Positions 24,532 to 37,113 are shown, numbered from the stretch's first letter. The stretch is DNA of 64,000 nucleotides from an uncultured Mycoplasmatota bacterium (GCA_949517355.1 CATDIL010000004.1:1738-65737); one strand, 5' to 3'. A program made the numbers and translations. Notes: generated by a model not told the origin, from the letters alone.

Positions 24532-26691
24532 ATGCTTGATCTTTCTAATCTAAATGAAAATCAAAAAAAAGCTGTTACAATCGGTAATGGGCCTGTAGTT
24601 GTTGTAGCAGGTGCAGGAACCGGTAAAACAAGAGTTTTAACAACAAGAATTGCATATTTAATTGAAAACAATTTGTTTAACCCAGACTCTATTCTAGCAA
24701 TCACATTTACAAATAAAGCTGCTAATGAAATGAAACAACGTGTAAATGCCTTAGTTAAAAATACAAGACTTTCATGAATTGGTACATATCATTCAATTTG
24801 TTTAAGAATTCTTAAAGAAGATATCGAACATTTAAATAGAAATAGAAACTTTGGCATTATAGACGATGAAGACCAAATGTCTTTAATTAAAGAAATCTAC
24901 AAACAATTTAAAGTAACTAAAGAGATTTGCTCAACTATTAAACCAAAAAAAGCTCTTCAATTAATTGAAGTAATAAAATTTGGAAATATTGACATTAATA
25001 ATTTCACACAGTTAGCCGCTTTAATGAAAACAGCATACATATGTGTGCCTGAAGAAGTAAAAGCTATTAGACTAATTTTTACTGAATATCAAAGAAAGTT
25101 AATAACAAATAATTTACTTGATTTTAATGATTTGTTAATTTACACTAATAAACTTTTATCTGATAATAAAGAAATAAGAAATAAATGACAAAATAGATTT
25201 TCTTACATATTGGTAGATGAGTTTCAAGATACTAATGAAATTCAATTCAATATTTTAAGAATGATAATTGATCAAAAACATAAGAATATTTTTGTAGTCG
25301 GTGATCCTGATCAATCAATTTATAAGTGGCGTGGTGCATATGAATGAATATTCAAAGATTTTAGAGAACAAATTCCTGAATCTAAACTAGTTATTTTAGA
25401 TACTAATTATCGTTCAACTAAAAACATTCTTAATGGATCAAATAAATTAATTTCTAATAATTTTGATCGTATTAAGAAAAATTTAATTACAAATAATGAA
25501 CAAGGAGAGTTAATTAGTTATTTTCATGGAGATAGTCAACAAGATGAAGGTGAATTTGTAAGTAAAAAAATAATTGAACTTGTTAAAAATGGTGCTAAAT
25601 ATTCGGATATTGCAATTTTGTATAGAAGTAATTATTTATCAAGATTCTGTGAAGACGCTTTAATGATCAACAATATTCCTTACAAGATATTTGGTGGTAT
25701 TAGATTCTATCAAAGAAAAGAAATTAAAGACTTAATCGCTTATTTAAAATTAATGGTAGGACAAGACGAAATATCCTTAAAAAGGATTATCAATGTGCCT
25801 ACCCGCGGTATTGGTGAAACAACAATTAGTAAAATTGATAATTATTCAGCTAAAACTGGTTTGTGTTTTTTTGATTGTTTAAATTTACAAGATCAAAATT
25901 GAAATTGAAAACAATGTAACAAATTTTATCAAACAATTATTAATTTAAGAAAAGAAATAAAAGATAAACCTGTGTCTGAAGCCTTAAAGAAAATTATTGA
26001 ATTAACAAATTATGATGAATATCTTAAATCTTTAGATTTAGAAGATAAAAGAGAAAATATTAACGAATTAATAAATTCAATTAAAATTATGGAGTATTCA
26101 AAAGAACTTACAATTGAAAGTTATTTAGATGAAATTAGTTTGTATACAGATACTTCTGAACAGAATAATTTAAAAGAAAATTTTATTTCGTTGATGACAG
26201 TGCATGTTGCTAAAGGATTAGAATTCCCAATTGTATTTTTAGTGGGTTTTTCAAATAATATATTTCCACCAGCTAAATCAACAGATTATCAAGAAGAAAG
26301 AAGAATAGCTTATGTTGCGATGACAAGAGCAAGACAACAACTATATATTACATGCTCAGATGGATATACTTTTTCTGGAGCTACAGGTCCATCAATGTTT
26401 CTAAAAGAAATTGGATATGAAAATATGATAAAGATTGAGCAAGAATTTAAATCTATTAGTAGTGCAGATTTGGATTGATATGATTCTAAAAAACAAATTA
26501 ATGATTTCTCAAATATGTATGAACAAAAAAACATTAATTTTGTCATTGGAGACGTAATTTCTCACACTATATTTGGCCAAGGAGTAGTGACAAATGTTGA
26601 AAAAGATTATTTAACTGTTGCATTTAAAGCTCCATATGGTATAAAAACATTAATGAAAAACCATAAGAGTATTAAAAGAATAAAAAATTAA
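24532..26691 (+). CDS. pcrA: ATP-dependent DNA helicase PcrA/UvrD family
   Basis: Four or more track pieces (24532, 24877, 25618, 25972) share one frame via [28 protein letters not shown] and AYVAMTRA motifs are present. Confidence 0.95.
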
Positions 26692-26692
26692 T

Positions 26693-27232
26693 ATGAATAG
26701 AACTAATAAAGAAATAAGAACAGAATTATTAAGAAAAAGATGAAAATTATCTAATGATGAAAAGAAAATATTAGATAGAAAAATTTTTAATATACTTATT
26801 AAAGAATTTGAAAAATGTAAAAAAGATAAATTTATTGGGATGTATTGACCGATTGAAAATGAAGTAGATACTATCGAACCAATTAAATGATTATTAAAAC
26901 ATAAATACCGTGTTTGTATACCAAAAATTAAAGATGGTTTAATGTATTTTACTGAAATTACTTCAACAGATTTTGAATTTGAATGTTGACATTCAATGAA
27001 ACAAACAAAACATAATAATATTGTTTATCCTGTAAACATTCAGTTAATTATTGTTCCTATGATTGGTTTTAATAAAGAAAAATATAGAATGGGTTATGGA
27101 TTGAATTGATATAACAATTTTTTAAAATTTAATCCTTTACCAACAATTGGTATAGCTTACCGATTTCAACAAACTGAAGAAATTTTATTAACTGAAAAAG
27201 ATATTAAATTAGATAAAATTATTACAAAGTAA
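26693..27232 (+). CDS. 5-formyltetrahydrofolate cyclo-ligase family protein
   Basis: 179-aa ORF open with TGA = Trp. The IIVPMIGFN...RMGYG core motif is present. Confidence 0.75.
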
Positions 27233-27237
27233 TAAAA

Positions 27238-28026
27238 ATGAAAATTTTATTTATTGGTGATATATTTGGAGAAAAAGGGAAAGAAGCAATTAAGAATGAA
27301 TTGCCTATTTTAAGACAACAAAATAATATTGATATTGTTATTGCTAATGCTGAAAATTGTACTAAAGGAAGATCATTATCTCTAGCAGACTATAAATTAT
27401 TGTGTAGTTATGGAGTAGATTATTTTACTTTTGGAAATCATACTTATTATTTAGAGGAAATTAAAGAAGTATTAAAAAATAAAAACACTATAAGACCTTT
27501 AAATTTAAAATTAGAATCTCAGTATTACACATGAGGTAATGGAAGTATTACATTTACTTATAATAATAAAAATATTAGAATTACAAATTTACTAGGTTCT
27601 ACAGTATATTGTCATGATATTCAAACAAATCCATTTATTGAATTAGAAAAATTATTATCTATAGATAATTCTGATATTCATGTTATAGATTTTCACACAG
27701 AAACTACAAGTGAAAAAAATGCATTTCTACAACACTTTGCAGGTAAAGTTAGTGCTATTTTAGGTACACATACACATATTCAAAGTGCTGATGAAAGAAT
27801 TTATAAAAATACAGCTTATATAACAGATACTGGTATGACTGGACCATCTGAAGGTGTTATTGGAGCTAATCCAGAAACTATCATTAATATGTTTAGAGGA
27901 CAATCTCCAAGATTTAGATTATTAGAAGATACTTCTAAATATCAATTTAATGGAATTATTGTTGAATTTGATAACAAAACAAACGAACCATTTAATTTAA
28001 AAAGAATATTTATCAGAGAGAAATAG
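27238..28026 (+). CDS. ymdB: YmdB-type (TIGR00282-like) metallophosphoesterase
   Basis: ORFs 27238..27534 and 27835..28026 share a frame via TGA. MKILFIGDIFG, ANAEN, GNH and GTHTH motifs are present. Confidence 0.85.
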
Positions 28027-28098
28027 GGGTTTAGTTTAATGGCAAAACCAAAGTCTCCAAAACTTTTAATGTGAGTTCGATTCTTACAACCCCTGCCA
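28025..28098 (+). tRNA. trnW: tRNA-Trp (anticodon CCA)
   Basis: Cloverleaf folded by hand. The acceptor AGGGGTT pairs with AACCCCT, followed by discriminator G and an encoded CCA. The D stem is GTTT/AAAC. The anticodon stem AAAGT/ACTTT carries the loop CT-CCA-AA. The T arm is GTGAG-TTCGATT-CTTAC. Confidence 0.9.
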
Positions 28099-28106
28099 AT
28101 AAAATT

Positions 28107-28134
28107 AAAAAAGAGTGAATCCCACTCTTTTTTT
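28107..28134. terminator. Bidirectional rho-independent terminator (tRNA-Trp / dnaN)
   Basis: AAAAAAGAGTG-aatcc-CACTCTTTTTT forms an 11-bp stem flanked by an A-run and a T-run. The dnaN stop lies inside the 3' arm. Confidence 0.8.
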
Positions 28135-29260
28135 AATTATTACCACAAGGTGAAATTAATGTAATAAAATTCTTATCATTAACTTCTTTTATTAAAATTG
28201 GACCACGTTCGTTTATAAAATGAAATTCAATTTTATCTGTTTCAATTTCTTTTAATAAATCTAATAAATATTTAATATTTAAAATAATTTGAATATTACT
28301 TCCTTTATAATCTTCAATATTTATTTTTTCATAACAACTACCTAATTCAATAGATTTAAAATTTAAATTTAATTCTTTATTATTAATAATCATTTGAACA
28401 GTTGGTTTTTTAGAATTGTCAGATGAAAGTAATACTAATCCTCTATTAATCGAATCTATCATTTCTTTTTTAGAAGTTGTAAAGCTATAAGGATAAGTGT
28501 TTTGTAAAATCTTATATGGAGATGAATGATATTTACCATCTAGTAATCTTGTAGAGATAATTGTGTTGTTTATTTCAAATAAAATATTATTTTGATCTAA
28601 ATAAAAATTACAATCACTTTTACTTTCTTTTAGAAGAGAATTAATTAATTTAACAACTTTTAAAGAAAGAGTAATATCAAATTTATCATTAGTAAAATCT
28701 TCTTGTAAATAACTTAAATGGTAAGAGTCTGTTGATAATATTTCAATTTTATTATCTAATCTATTTGAATTTAAATTAATACCTGTGAAAATATTTGTTT
28801 GATCAGAACTTTCTAAAACAGTAAGTGAAGTTTTATTTGTAATTTTATTAAATAACTGTTTATTAATAGTAATTTTATTTTTATTTTCAAAAGAGAAATT
28901 AATTACAGGATAACTATAACTTTCTAATACATTTAGATCTAATGTAAATTTATTAGTAGATATATGAATAATAGAGTTATCAACTAAATCAAATGTAATT
29001 TTATCTTCATTTATTTTTGAAATGATATTAAATAATAAATTAGTTTTGATTAATATATTCCCAGTTGAAAAAATAGAAATATTATTTTTAATAGTTGTTT
29101 TAGATGATATTAATTGATTACTACAAATAAACTCAATATTATCTTCATTAACATTAATCAATAAATTAGAAAGAATTGGATTGATACTTGATGAATCTAC
29201 AATCTCATTGCAAAATTTTAATTTATTTAATAAAGATTCTTTGTTAATGGTAAATTTCAT
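28133..29260 (-). CDS. dnaN: DNA polymerase III beta sliding clamp
   Basis: Intact 375-aa ORF immediately downstream of dnaA. MKFTINKESLLNKL... is a typical DnaN start. Confidence 0.93.
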   Translation of the reverse strand: MKFTINKESLLNKLKFCNEIVDSSSINPILSNLLINVNEDNIEFICSNQLISSKTTIKNNISIFSTGNILIKTNLLFNIISKINEDKITFDLVDNSIIHISTNKFTLDLNVLESYSYPVINFSFENKNKITINKQLFNKITNKTSLTVLESSDQTNIFTGINLNSNRLDNKIEILSTDSYHLSYLQEDFTNDKFDITLSLKVVKLINSLLKESKSDCNFYLDQNNILFEINNTIISTRLLDGKYHSSPYKILQNTYPYSFTTSKKEMIDSINRGLVLLSSDNSKKPTVQMIINNKELNLNFKSIELGSCYEKINIEDYKGSNIQIILNIKYLLDLLKEIETDKIEFHFINERGPILIKEVNDKNFITLISPCGNN

Positions 29261-29381
29261 TTTATTTATTTTATTTTATATATTATATATATTAATTAAA
29301 ATGTGGGAAATTTCCTTTATTTATTATTTTTATTACATAAATACAATATTTTTTAATCCACATTTTTCCCACAAATTACCC
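29261..29381. promoter_or_regulatory. Putative oriC module: DnaA-box-like 9-mers in the dnaA-dnaN spacer
   Basis: TGTGGGAAA at 29302..29310 is the reverse complement of TTTCCCACA. TAATCCACA at 29354..29362 has one mismatch to TTATCCACA. TTTCCCACA is at 29365..29373. All three sit in extremely AT-rich DNA. Confidence 0.65.
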
Positions 29382-30755
29382 TTATATTTTTTTATATAAA
29401 TTAGTTAAAAAATTTTCAAATTCCACATCAGATTTAACTTTCTTTTTAATTTTTTCAATTGATTCCATTACTGTTGAATGATCACGTCCTGAAAAGAAAG
29501 AACCGATTTGTGCATAATTCATATTAAATTTTTTTCTTAAAATATACATACACACTTGTCTAACTTGAGTTACTTGTTTAGTTCTATCTTTACTTTTTAT
29601 AATTTCAGGATCTACAAAATACAAACTACAAACTTGATCAATTATTAAATTAGGGTCTACATCAAAACCAAATTTATTAATACTTTCATTATTTTCTTCC
29701 ATTGTAATTTTTTTAATTAAATCTAAATTAATAATTACATTTGGTGGTAAATCATTATTGATACAATAAAAAAGAATACGATGTAAAAATCCTTCTAACT
29801 GTCTAATGTCTGTTGAATACCTACCACAAATATAATTAATTGCATCATTAGTTAAAATAATTTTAGTATTACTTTCTTTTAATTTATTTTCTAATATAGC
29901 TTTTACTGATTTTAGATCTGGTTTACTAATTTTTACAACCAGTCCAGATGAAAATCTAGATTTCATTCTGTTTTCTAAATTTTTTAATTGTGATATATCT
30001 TTATCACAAGTCATAACAATAATTTTATTGTTAGCTGTAGCTTTGTTAAAAATATTAAAGAAAATTTCGTTTATTTTTTCTTTTTTTTCTAAAAATTGAA
30101 CATCATCAAATAATAAAAGATCATATGATTCGTATTTTTGTTTTAATAATTCAACACTATTGCCGCCAATTGAAAAAGCATTATATACTTCTCTAATAAA
30201 ATCATCAATTGGAATATATTTAACTATTTTATTTGGAAAATGAACTTTATATTCATTACCAATCGCATGTAATAAGTGAGTTTTTCCTAAACCAACACCA
30301 CCAGTAATAAAAATTTGATTTCAACATGCATCAGTTAAAATAGTTCTAATTGCATTGTAAGCTGACTTATTAAAATTACTAACAACAAAATTTGTAAATT
30401 GATAGTGTTTATTAATGTTACTGTTATTATCTTCTTTAATAGTTTGATGTTGGATGGGGTTTGTTTTAAAATTTAAATTTAAATCATTTTCAACAATAAA
30501 TTCTAAACAGTAATTACTTTTATTAATCTCGTTAAATAATTTTTGAATTTGATTTTTATAATCCGTATTCAATGTTTGTTTGGCAAAAATATTTTTTGTT
30601 TTAATATATAAAATGTTTTCTTTAGCATCAACAATTGAAATATTAGAGATATATTCATTAAAAAATACTTGGTTGATACCAAAATTTTGTAATTTAGTTT
30701 TTACAATGTCCAAGTTATTATTTAAAACAACTAATGTATTTTTATCTATGGGCAT
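29382..30755 (-). CDS. dnaA: Chromosomal replication initiator DnaA
   Basis: ORFs 30321..30755 and 29382..30014 share a frame via TGA. GGVGLGKTHLLHAIGN, LLFDDVQF and the C-terminal DHSTV DNA-binding motif are present. Confidence 0.97.
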
Positions 30756-30817
30756 TTTAAAAATTATTATAATAATTTAATATATTTTGATATTATTAAT
30801 ATCTAATATTTGTAATT

Positions 30818-30964
30818 ATGAAAAGAACATATCAACCAAATAAATCTAAAAGAGCTAAAACTCATGGTTTTTTGAACAGATCTTCTACTGCTAATGGTAA
30901 GAAAGTTCTTAAAAGAAGAAGAGCTAAAGGACGTAAAAGATTAACAGTTTCTGATGAAAAATAA
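30818..30964 (+). CDS. rpmH: 50S ribosomal protein L34
   Basis: 48-aa ORF, below the track cutoff: [48 protein letters not shown]. Confidence 0.95.
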   Translation: MKRTYQPNKSKRAKTHGFLNRSSTANGKKVLKRRRAKGRKRLTVSDEK

Positions 30965-31277
30965 GAAATTTAGTTCTATTTCTGATAAGAAAACAATAGA
31001 ACAAATTTTTTCTATAGCAAAAATTGTTAGCGATCGTTACTACTTAGTAAGATTTATTACTTCTGATAGTCCAAGAGTTGGAATCACTATTTCTAAAAAG
31101 AATTTTAAGAGAGCAGTGGTAAGAAACAAAATTAGAAGACAAATAAGAAATTTTATTTACAACAGTAATAATATTCCACAAAAAAATATTTTTATAATTG
31201 TCAAAAACACATATGATTATAAAAATCATATAGAAATGCAAAAAAGTTTAAATTCACTTTTTCAAAAAATTAAATAA
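30954..31277 (+). CDS. rnpA: RNase P protein component
   Basis: 107-aa basic ORF that overlaps rpmH by 11 nt. The [12 protein letters not shown] motif is present, and the order rpmH-rnpA-yidC is conserved. Confidence 0.9.
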   Translation: MKNKKFSSISDKKTIEQIFSIAKIVSDRYYLVRFITSDSPRVGITISKKNFKRAVVRNKIRRQIRNFIYNSNNIPQKNIFIIVKNTYDYKNHIEMQKSLNSLFQKIK

Positions 31278-32419
31278 TGTCTCAAAAATCCGCTTTAAAT
31301 TTTAAATTTAATACTGAAAATTCTAGCAATGTAGCTAGTCCTTTTTGAACTAAACCTGAGACTAAAAAAAGCAAAGCTAAGAAAATTTTAAAATTTATTT
31401 GAAAATGATCAAAACTTTTATTGTTTGCTTTCTTCATGTTAATGGGTTTATGAGGTTGTTTCCAAAGTATGGGAGACAACACTGTATCTACCGATGTAAA
31501 TATTGGCAGCGGTCTTGAATTTGGTTTTAATTTTGGAACTACAGGAAATTGAATTTATGATTTATCTTCTGGAAGTTTGTATGGACAGTTCCATACATTT
31601 AGTGATTGATCACTAGACTATGGACCATTTTATGCATTCTTTGTTTGACCAGGATCATGATTAGTGTTGCAAATTATGTGGGCAACTAATTCATGAGTTG
31701 GTGGGTTAAACGCTTTATTGGCAATCTTTATATTGCTTACAATAATTCGTATTTTTTCCATTTTAGTTACTTTAAGGTCAACTCTTCAAAATGAAAAAAT
31801 GACAGAAGTCCAAGGTAAAATGTCTGAAATTAATGCTAAATATAAAGGGCTAACAGACCAAGCGTCTAAACAAAAGAAACAACAAGAAATAATGGATTTA
31901 TATAAGAAAAATAACGTTAAACCATTTGCTGCGTTTGAACAAATGTTTATTACATTACCTATTTTCCTAATTATTTATCGTGTTGTTACTATTGTTAGAC
32001 CATTTAAATCTACTATTTTATTTGGTATTTGAAACTTTGCTTATACTCCAATGTCTCAAATTTTCAGTAACTTTGCAAGCGGTGGGTGAACATATATATT
32101 CTTCATTGCAATAGTTATTCCTGTCCAATTCTTATCTATGAAGCTACCACAACGTTGAGCTAAGAAACGTAATAGAAACGCAGTTTCTTCTTCAAGTAAA
32201 GGTGGTAAACAAATGAAGAAGATGAACATGACTCAAAACATCTTTGCTGCTGTAATGTCATTAATCGTTGTGTTCTCTGCTACTGGTGTAGGTGTATATT
32301 GATTCTTTAATGCTTTATATTCTATTTTACAATCATGAATTATGCATAAAGTAATCATGCATAGTAGAAGCAAGAACTCTTCTCTTGAATCTAAACTTAA
32401 TCGTTTAATTCTTGAGTAA
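31277..32419 (+). CDS. yidC: Membrane protein insertase YidC (lipoprotein type)
   Basis: ATG at 31277 overlaps the rnpA stop and is in frame with ORF 31718..32032 via many TGA. The lipobox-like LMGLWGC and the [10 protein letters not shown]...[16 protein letters not shown] core are present. Confidence 0.9.
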
Positions 32420-33231
32420 TGGATTTTAAAAAAACACATGAATATATAACAAGTAGACAATTTAATCCGTCTAAAAAGATGGGTCAAAATTTTCTTGTTA
32501 ATGAAGAAATATCAAAAAAAATTGTAGAAAAAATAGATTTATCTAAAGCAAACTTGGTAATTGAAATTGGCCCTGGATTGGGTTCTTTAACTGATCATTT
32601 AATTGATAAAAAGTTTGATTTAGTTCTTATAGAATTAGATAAAAGACTTAATGAATTTTTAGTTAAAAGATATAAAGATAAAAAAATGGAAATCATTAAT
32701 TCTGATGTATTAAAAGTAGATTTTAACCAAATCTCTAAAGGTTATAAACACTGTGTAATAGTTTCTAATTTACCATATTCAATTAGCTCTCTTGTAGTAA
32801 TGAAATTTTTAAAGTCTTCTAATATTGATTTATTTTATTGCATGTTGCAAAAAGAAATGGTTGATCGCATTATGGCTCCTGTTAGTTCCAAAAAATATAA
32901 TGGATTAACTGCACTTGCAACATATTATTTTAATATTGAAAGATTAATGAATATTTCACCGAACAATTTTTATCCTATCCCAGAAGTTGATTCCACATTT
33001 ATTAAAATTAAAAAAAATAATAAAATTTATGATGAAAAGTTTGATAAGTTCTTAAGAACTTGTTTCTTAAACAGAAGAAAAACTTTGATTAATAATTTAA
33101 AGCATACTTATAAAATTGATCAACTAAATTTAGTTATTAATAGTTTAAATTTTAAGCTAACATCTCGTGCAGAAGAATTTACACCAGAACAACTTCACAC
33201 TCTTTACACAACTCTGAACAATGAAAATTAA
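32419..33231 (+). CDS. rsmA: 16S rRNA (adenine1518/1519-N6)-dimethyltransferase
   Basis: Intact 270-aa ORF. KKMGQNFL, EIGPGLGSLT and SNLPY motifs are present. Confidence 0.95.
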   Translation: MDFKKTHEYITSRQFNPSKKMGQNFLVNEEISKKIVEKIDLSKANLVIEIGPGLGSLTDHLIDKKFDLVLIELDKRLNEFLVKRYKDKKMEIINSDVLKVDFNQISKGYKHCVIVSNLPYSISSLVVMKFLKSSNIDLFYCMLQKEMVDRIMAPVSSKKYNGLTALATYYFNIERLMNISPNNFYPIPEVDSTFIKIKKNNKIYDEKFDKFLRTCFLNRRKTLINNLKHTYKIDQLNLVINSLNFKLTSRAEEFTPEQLHTLYTTLNNEN

Positions 33232-33988
33232 GTCATACGCAAAAACAAATTTAATATTAAAAATTTATCCGAAAAACAAACAAGAAATAAAACATAAAAT
33301 TAAAAGTTTATTTATTTTGGATAAAACTTTGTTTGATTTAATTTCTATAAAGTCTTCAAAAAAAGACACAGTTGTTTATAAAAATAAAAATAAAACTTTT
33401 GTTTTAAATGATTGCTTAATTGTTAAATCTTTAAAGTATTTAAAAAATAAATTTAATATTGCAAAACATTATTCAATTAAAGTTGAAAAGAATATTAACA
33501 TAATGTCTGGATTAGGTGGTGGAAGTTCAAATGCAGCAACTGTAATTAAATATGTAATGAAAGATAATAAGATATCGTTGACAAAATTAAATTTAAAAGA
33601 CATTGCCTTAAAATTAGGTAGTGATATTCCTTTCTTTTTATCTTCTTACAATAGTGCCATTGTTTCAGATTATGGAAATAAAGTTGAAAAGTTTAATTCA
33701 TCTAAAAAAATTTCATATAAAATTCACACGAATAATATTAAAGTTTCTACTAAAGAAGTGTTTAAACAATTAGAGAAAACCATACCTTATAAATCTCAAG
33801 TAAATTTTTCTAAATGTTTAGATTCATTATTGAATAAAACTTTTAATAATCATTATGTATATAATGATTTACATCCATATATTTTTAAAGTTAGTGATAA
33901 AAAACTACTTGAAAATATAAACAAAATATTTTCAAAAAATAAGATTATTTGTGGTTCTGGAGGAACGATATTAACTATTCATGAGTAA
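33221..33988 (+). CDS. ispE: GHMP kinase, IspE (4-diphosphocytidyl-2-C-methyl-D-erythritol kinase) homolog
   Basis: Intact 255-aa ORF. The [17 protein letters not shown]-binding loop and GSDIPFF are present. It occupies the conserved position after rsmA. Confidence 0.8.
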   Translation: MKIKSYAKTNLILKIYPKNKQEIKHKIKSLFILDKTLFDLISIKSSKKDTVVYKNKNKTFVLNDCLIVKSLKYLKNKFNIAKHYSIKVEKNINIMSGLGGGSSNAATVIKYVMKDNKISLTKLNLKDIALKLGSDIPFFLSSYNSAIVSDYGNKVEKFNSSKKISYKIHTNNIKVSTKEVFKQLEKTIPYKSQVNFSKCLDSLLNKTFNNHYVYNDLHPYIFKVSDKKLLENINKIFSKNKIICGSGGTILTIHE

Positions 33989-35426
33989 CAAGGTAAGAAC
34001 AAGATATGCACCAAGCCCTACAGGGTTCTTCCATATCGGAGGAGCACGCACTGCTTTATTCAACTATCTATACGCTAAACACTGTAATGGTGATTTTATC
34101 GTTCGTATCGAAGACACCGATATTGAAAGAAATGTTGAGGGTGGTATTGATTCACAATTAAATAATTTAACTTGGTTAAAAATTCCTTATGATGAATCAA
34201 TAAAAAACCCTGGTAAGTTTGGACCATATATTCAGTCACAAAAGTTAGAAAGATATCGTGAATTAGCCAATAAACTTCTACAAGAAGGTAAGGCTTATTA
34301 TTGTTTTTGTTCTAAAGAAGAATTAGATTTGCAACGTGAAATTGCAATGAAACAAGGACACACACCTAAATATAACCGTAAGTGTTTATACTTGTCAAAA
34401 GAAGAAATACAAGAAAAATTAAGTCAAAATATTCCTCATGTAATTAGATTAAAAATGCATGATAACGAAAACATTGAATGAGATGATCTAATTAGAGGAC
34501 ACATGAGTGTTCCTACATCAGCTTTAACTGATCCTGTTATTCTTAAATCCAATGGTATTCCTATGTACAACTTTGCTGTTGTAGTGGATGATTATGATAT
34601 GGAAATAACTCATGTATTACGTGGTGAAGAACATTTATCTAATACCCCATATCAAATTGCCATTAAGAAAGCCTTAAACTTTGATACTAGAGAGATTAAG
34701 TATGGACATTTGTCTATCATTATTGATGAGACAGGCAAAAAGTTATCTAAAAGAAACAAAACATTAAAACAATTTATCCAAGATTATAAAGATATGGGAG
34801 TTTTACCAGAAGCTATTACTAACTTCTTAGCTTTACTTGGATGAAGTTCTAAATCAAATAATGAAATTTTATCAATGGATGAAATTATTAAAGAATTTGA
34901 TTTTGATAGAATTTCAAAATCCCCAGCATTTTTTGATTTTAAGAAAATGTTATGGATCTCAAATTCATATTTAAAAAATATGAATGATCAAGATTATTTA
35001 ACATTTGTTAAGAAATTTTTAACTGTTGATTTAAATAAATATGCAAAACATAAAGATGAAATTTTATTAATTTTCAAACCACAAATTCAATATGGTCAAC
35101 AAATTAATGAATTAGTCACTGATATCTTTATGTCTGACATTAATAACTTACCTGTTGAATTACAAGAAACGGTTAAACAAGATTTCTTTAAAAAGAACAT
35201 GGAAGCATTTAAACAAGTTATTTCAGAAATAGATGTAATTACTTATGAAAATGCAAAAGACATTGTTAATAATGTAAAACAAATTTCAGGATTAAAAGGT
35301 AAAGAATTATTTTTACCAATGAGAATTGCTTGTATTGGGAAAGAGCACGGTCCTGAAATGAATAAAATATTAACAATAATTGGCAAAGATCAAATATTGA
35401 AAAATATTGATACATTAATGAAATAA
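33981..35426 (+). CDS. gltX: Glutamyl-tRNA synthetase
   Basis: Three track pieces (33981, 34503, 34875) share one frame via [21 protein letters not shown] (the HIGH motif) and KLSKR (the KMSKS motif) are present. Confidence 0.96.
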
Positions 35427-35427
35427 T

Positions 35428-36654
35428 ATGCAATTAAAAAAGAAATCGACATTTATAAAAGATCCTATCCATGGTGAAATTAATTTCTCAGAGAATGATG
35501 TTTGATTATGAGAAATTTTATTTACTAATGAATTTCAAAGACTAAATAGAATTAGACAATTAGGATTGTCTTACCAATTATTTCCATCTGCTACTCATAC
35601 AAGATTTTCTCACTCTATAGGTGTGTATGAAACAGCTCGTAGATTCATAGATAATTTAAAAATTAAAAACTTAACACCTAAAAAACGTAAAGTAATTTTA
35701 GCTGCTGCATTACTACATGATATTGGACACGGTCCTAATTCTCATGCATTTGAAAAATATACAAATATTTCTCATGAGACTTATACAAAAATGATCATTT
35801 CTAATAAGAATGGTAGTATTTATAAAATCTTAACTAAAAACAATGTTCCTGTTAAAGATGTATTAGACATTTTAGATAAGAAGAGTAAAAATGAATGAAT
35901 GAATTCTTTGGTAAGTAGTCAAATTGACGTTGACAGAATTGACTACTTACAACGTGATTCTCATTATACTGGTGCTACATATGGTGAAATTGATTCATCA
36001 ATGATTGCTAGACGTGCAATGTTTATGAACAACCAGATAGTATTTAGTTTAAAAGCTATTTCTACTATTGAGAATTTTTTAATAGGTAGATTCCATATGT
36101 ATGAACAAGTATATGAAAATGTTCATACAATTGCTAACGAATGAATTATTCAACAAATTATGACTAGAGTTAAAGAATTGTACAAATCTGGTTATAAATT
36201 TGTTGATTACAACAATTTATTAGAATTATTTAATCCTTGATTGAACGACAGGTTATTCACTGTAGAGGAATTTATTAAATTAGATGATTGAAATTTAAGT
36301 GTTTTGTTAGATTCACTTAAACATGAGAAGGATCCAATTCTAAAGACATTGTTAGAAGAAAGAGATACTAAAAACAAATATGTCTGCATAGATTACACTA
36401 AAAAAGATTATCAAGCAGCAATTGCAAAAGCTAAAAAACTAAAAATGCCAATTAAATACAACATTGACATCATTAAACATAAAGCAATTTGTTTATATGA
36501 TCCAAATAAACAACCAATAAAAATTTACAATAGTCTAACTAAAAAAATTGAAAATTTTGACACTTTAAGTAATATTGTTTCAAAAAATCAATTCATTAAA
36601 AAAGAAAGAACTTTATTAATTATTAATTCTAAATTAATAAAATATAAATTTTAA
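35428..36654 (+). CDS. HD-domain phosphohydrolase (dNTP triphosphohydrolase-like)
   Basis: ATG at 35428 is in frame with ORFs 35566, 35899 and 36304 via TGA. RFSHSIGV, LLHDIGHGP.SH and DVDRIDYL.RDS motifs are present. Confidence 0.85.
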
Positions 36655-36687
36655 TATATAATAACGCAATAATATTATTAAAGAATT

Positions 36688-37113
36688 ATGTCAAAACAAA
36701 TTAATGACATTGCTTACGAAGTTGCTAAAGAAGAATTTGGGGACAAAGTCTTCTCTTTTAACCAACTATGAAGCAAAACCGCAAGTAGGATTAAAACGCC
36801 TACAAAACAACAAGCTACTGTTAAAGGCGAATTGTACTCTGAAATAATGCAAGATACAAACTTTCTTTACATTGGTAAACAAAATTGAAAGTTAAGAGAG
36901 TTTGTTGATCAAAACACACTTAAGAAAACATTAGCGTCTTCACTTTATGATTTTGATAAATCTTTAACTGAAGAAGACATTGAAGATATGGATGTATTAA
37001 GTGAACGTTTTGATGAAGAATCTGGAATGTATTACGATGAAACAGAAGATGAAGCTATTCAATCATTGCAAGGAATGGCTGAAATATCAAAAGATGAGGA
37101 GGGGAATGAATAA
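36688..37113 (+). CDS. rpoE: RNA polymerase delta subunit
   Basis: 141-aa ORF open with TGA = Trp, so it is not in the track. The N-terminal domain MSKQINDIAYEVAKEEFGDKVFSFNQLW is followed by a strongly acidic tail (EEDIEDMD...DEEGNE). Confidence 0.8.

Noticed and set aside
29181-29399. 72-aa plus-strand ORF spanning the dnaA-dnaN spacer.
   Set aside because: It is a low-complexity I/F/Y-rich translation of the AT-rich origin region and overlaps the dnaN start and dnaA end.
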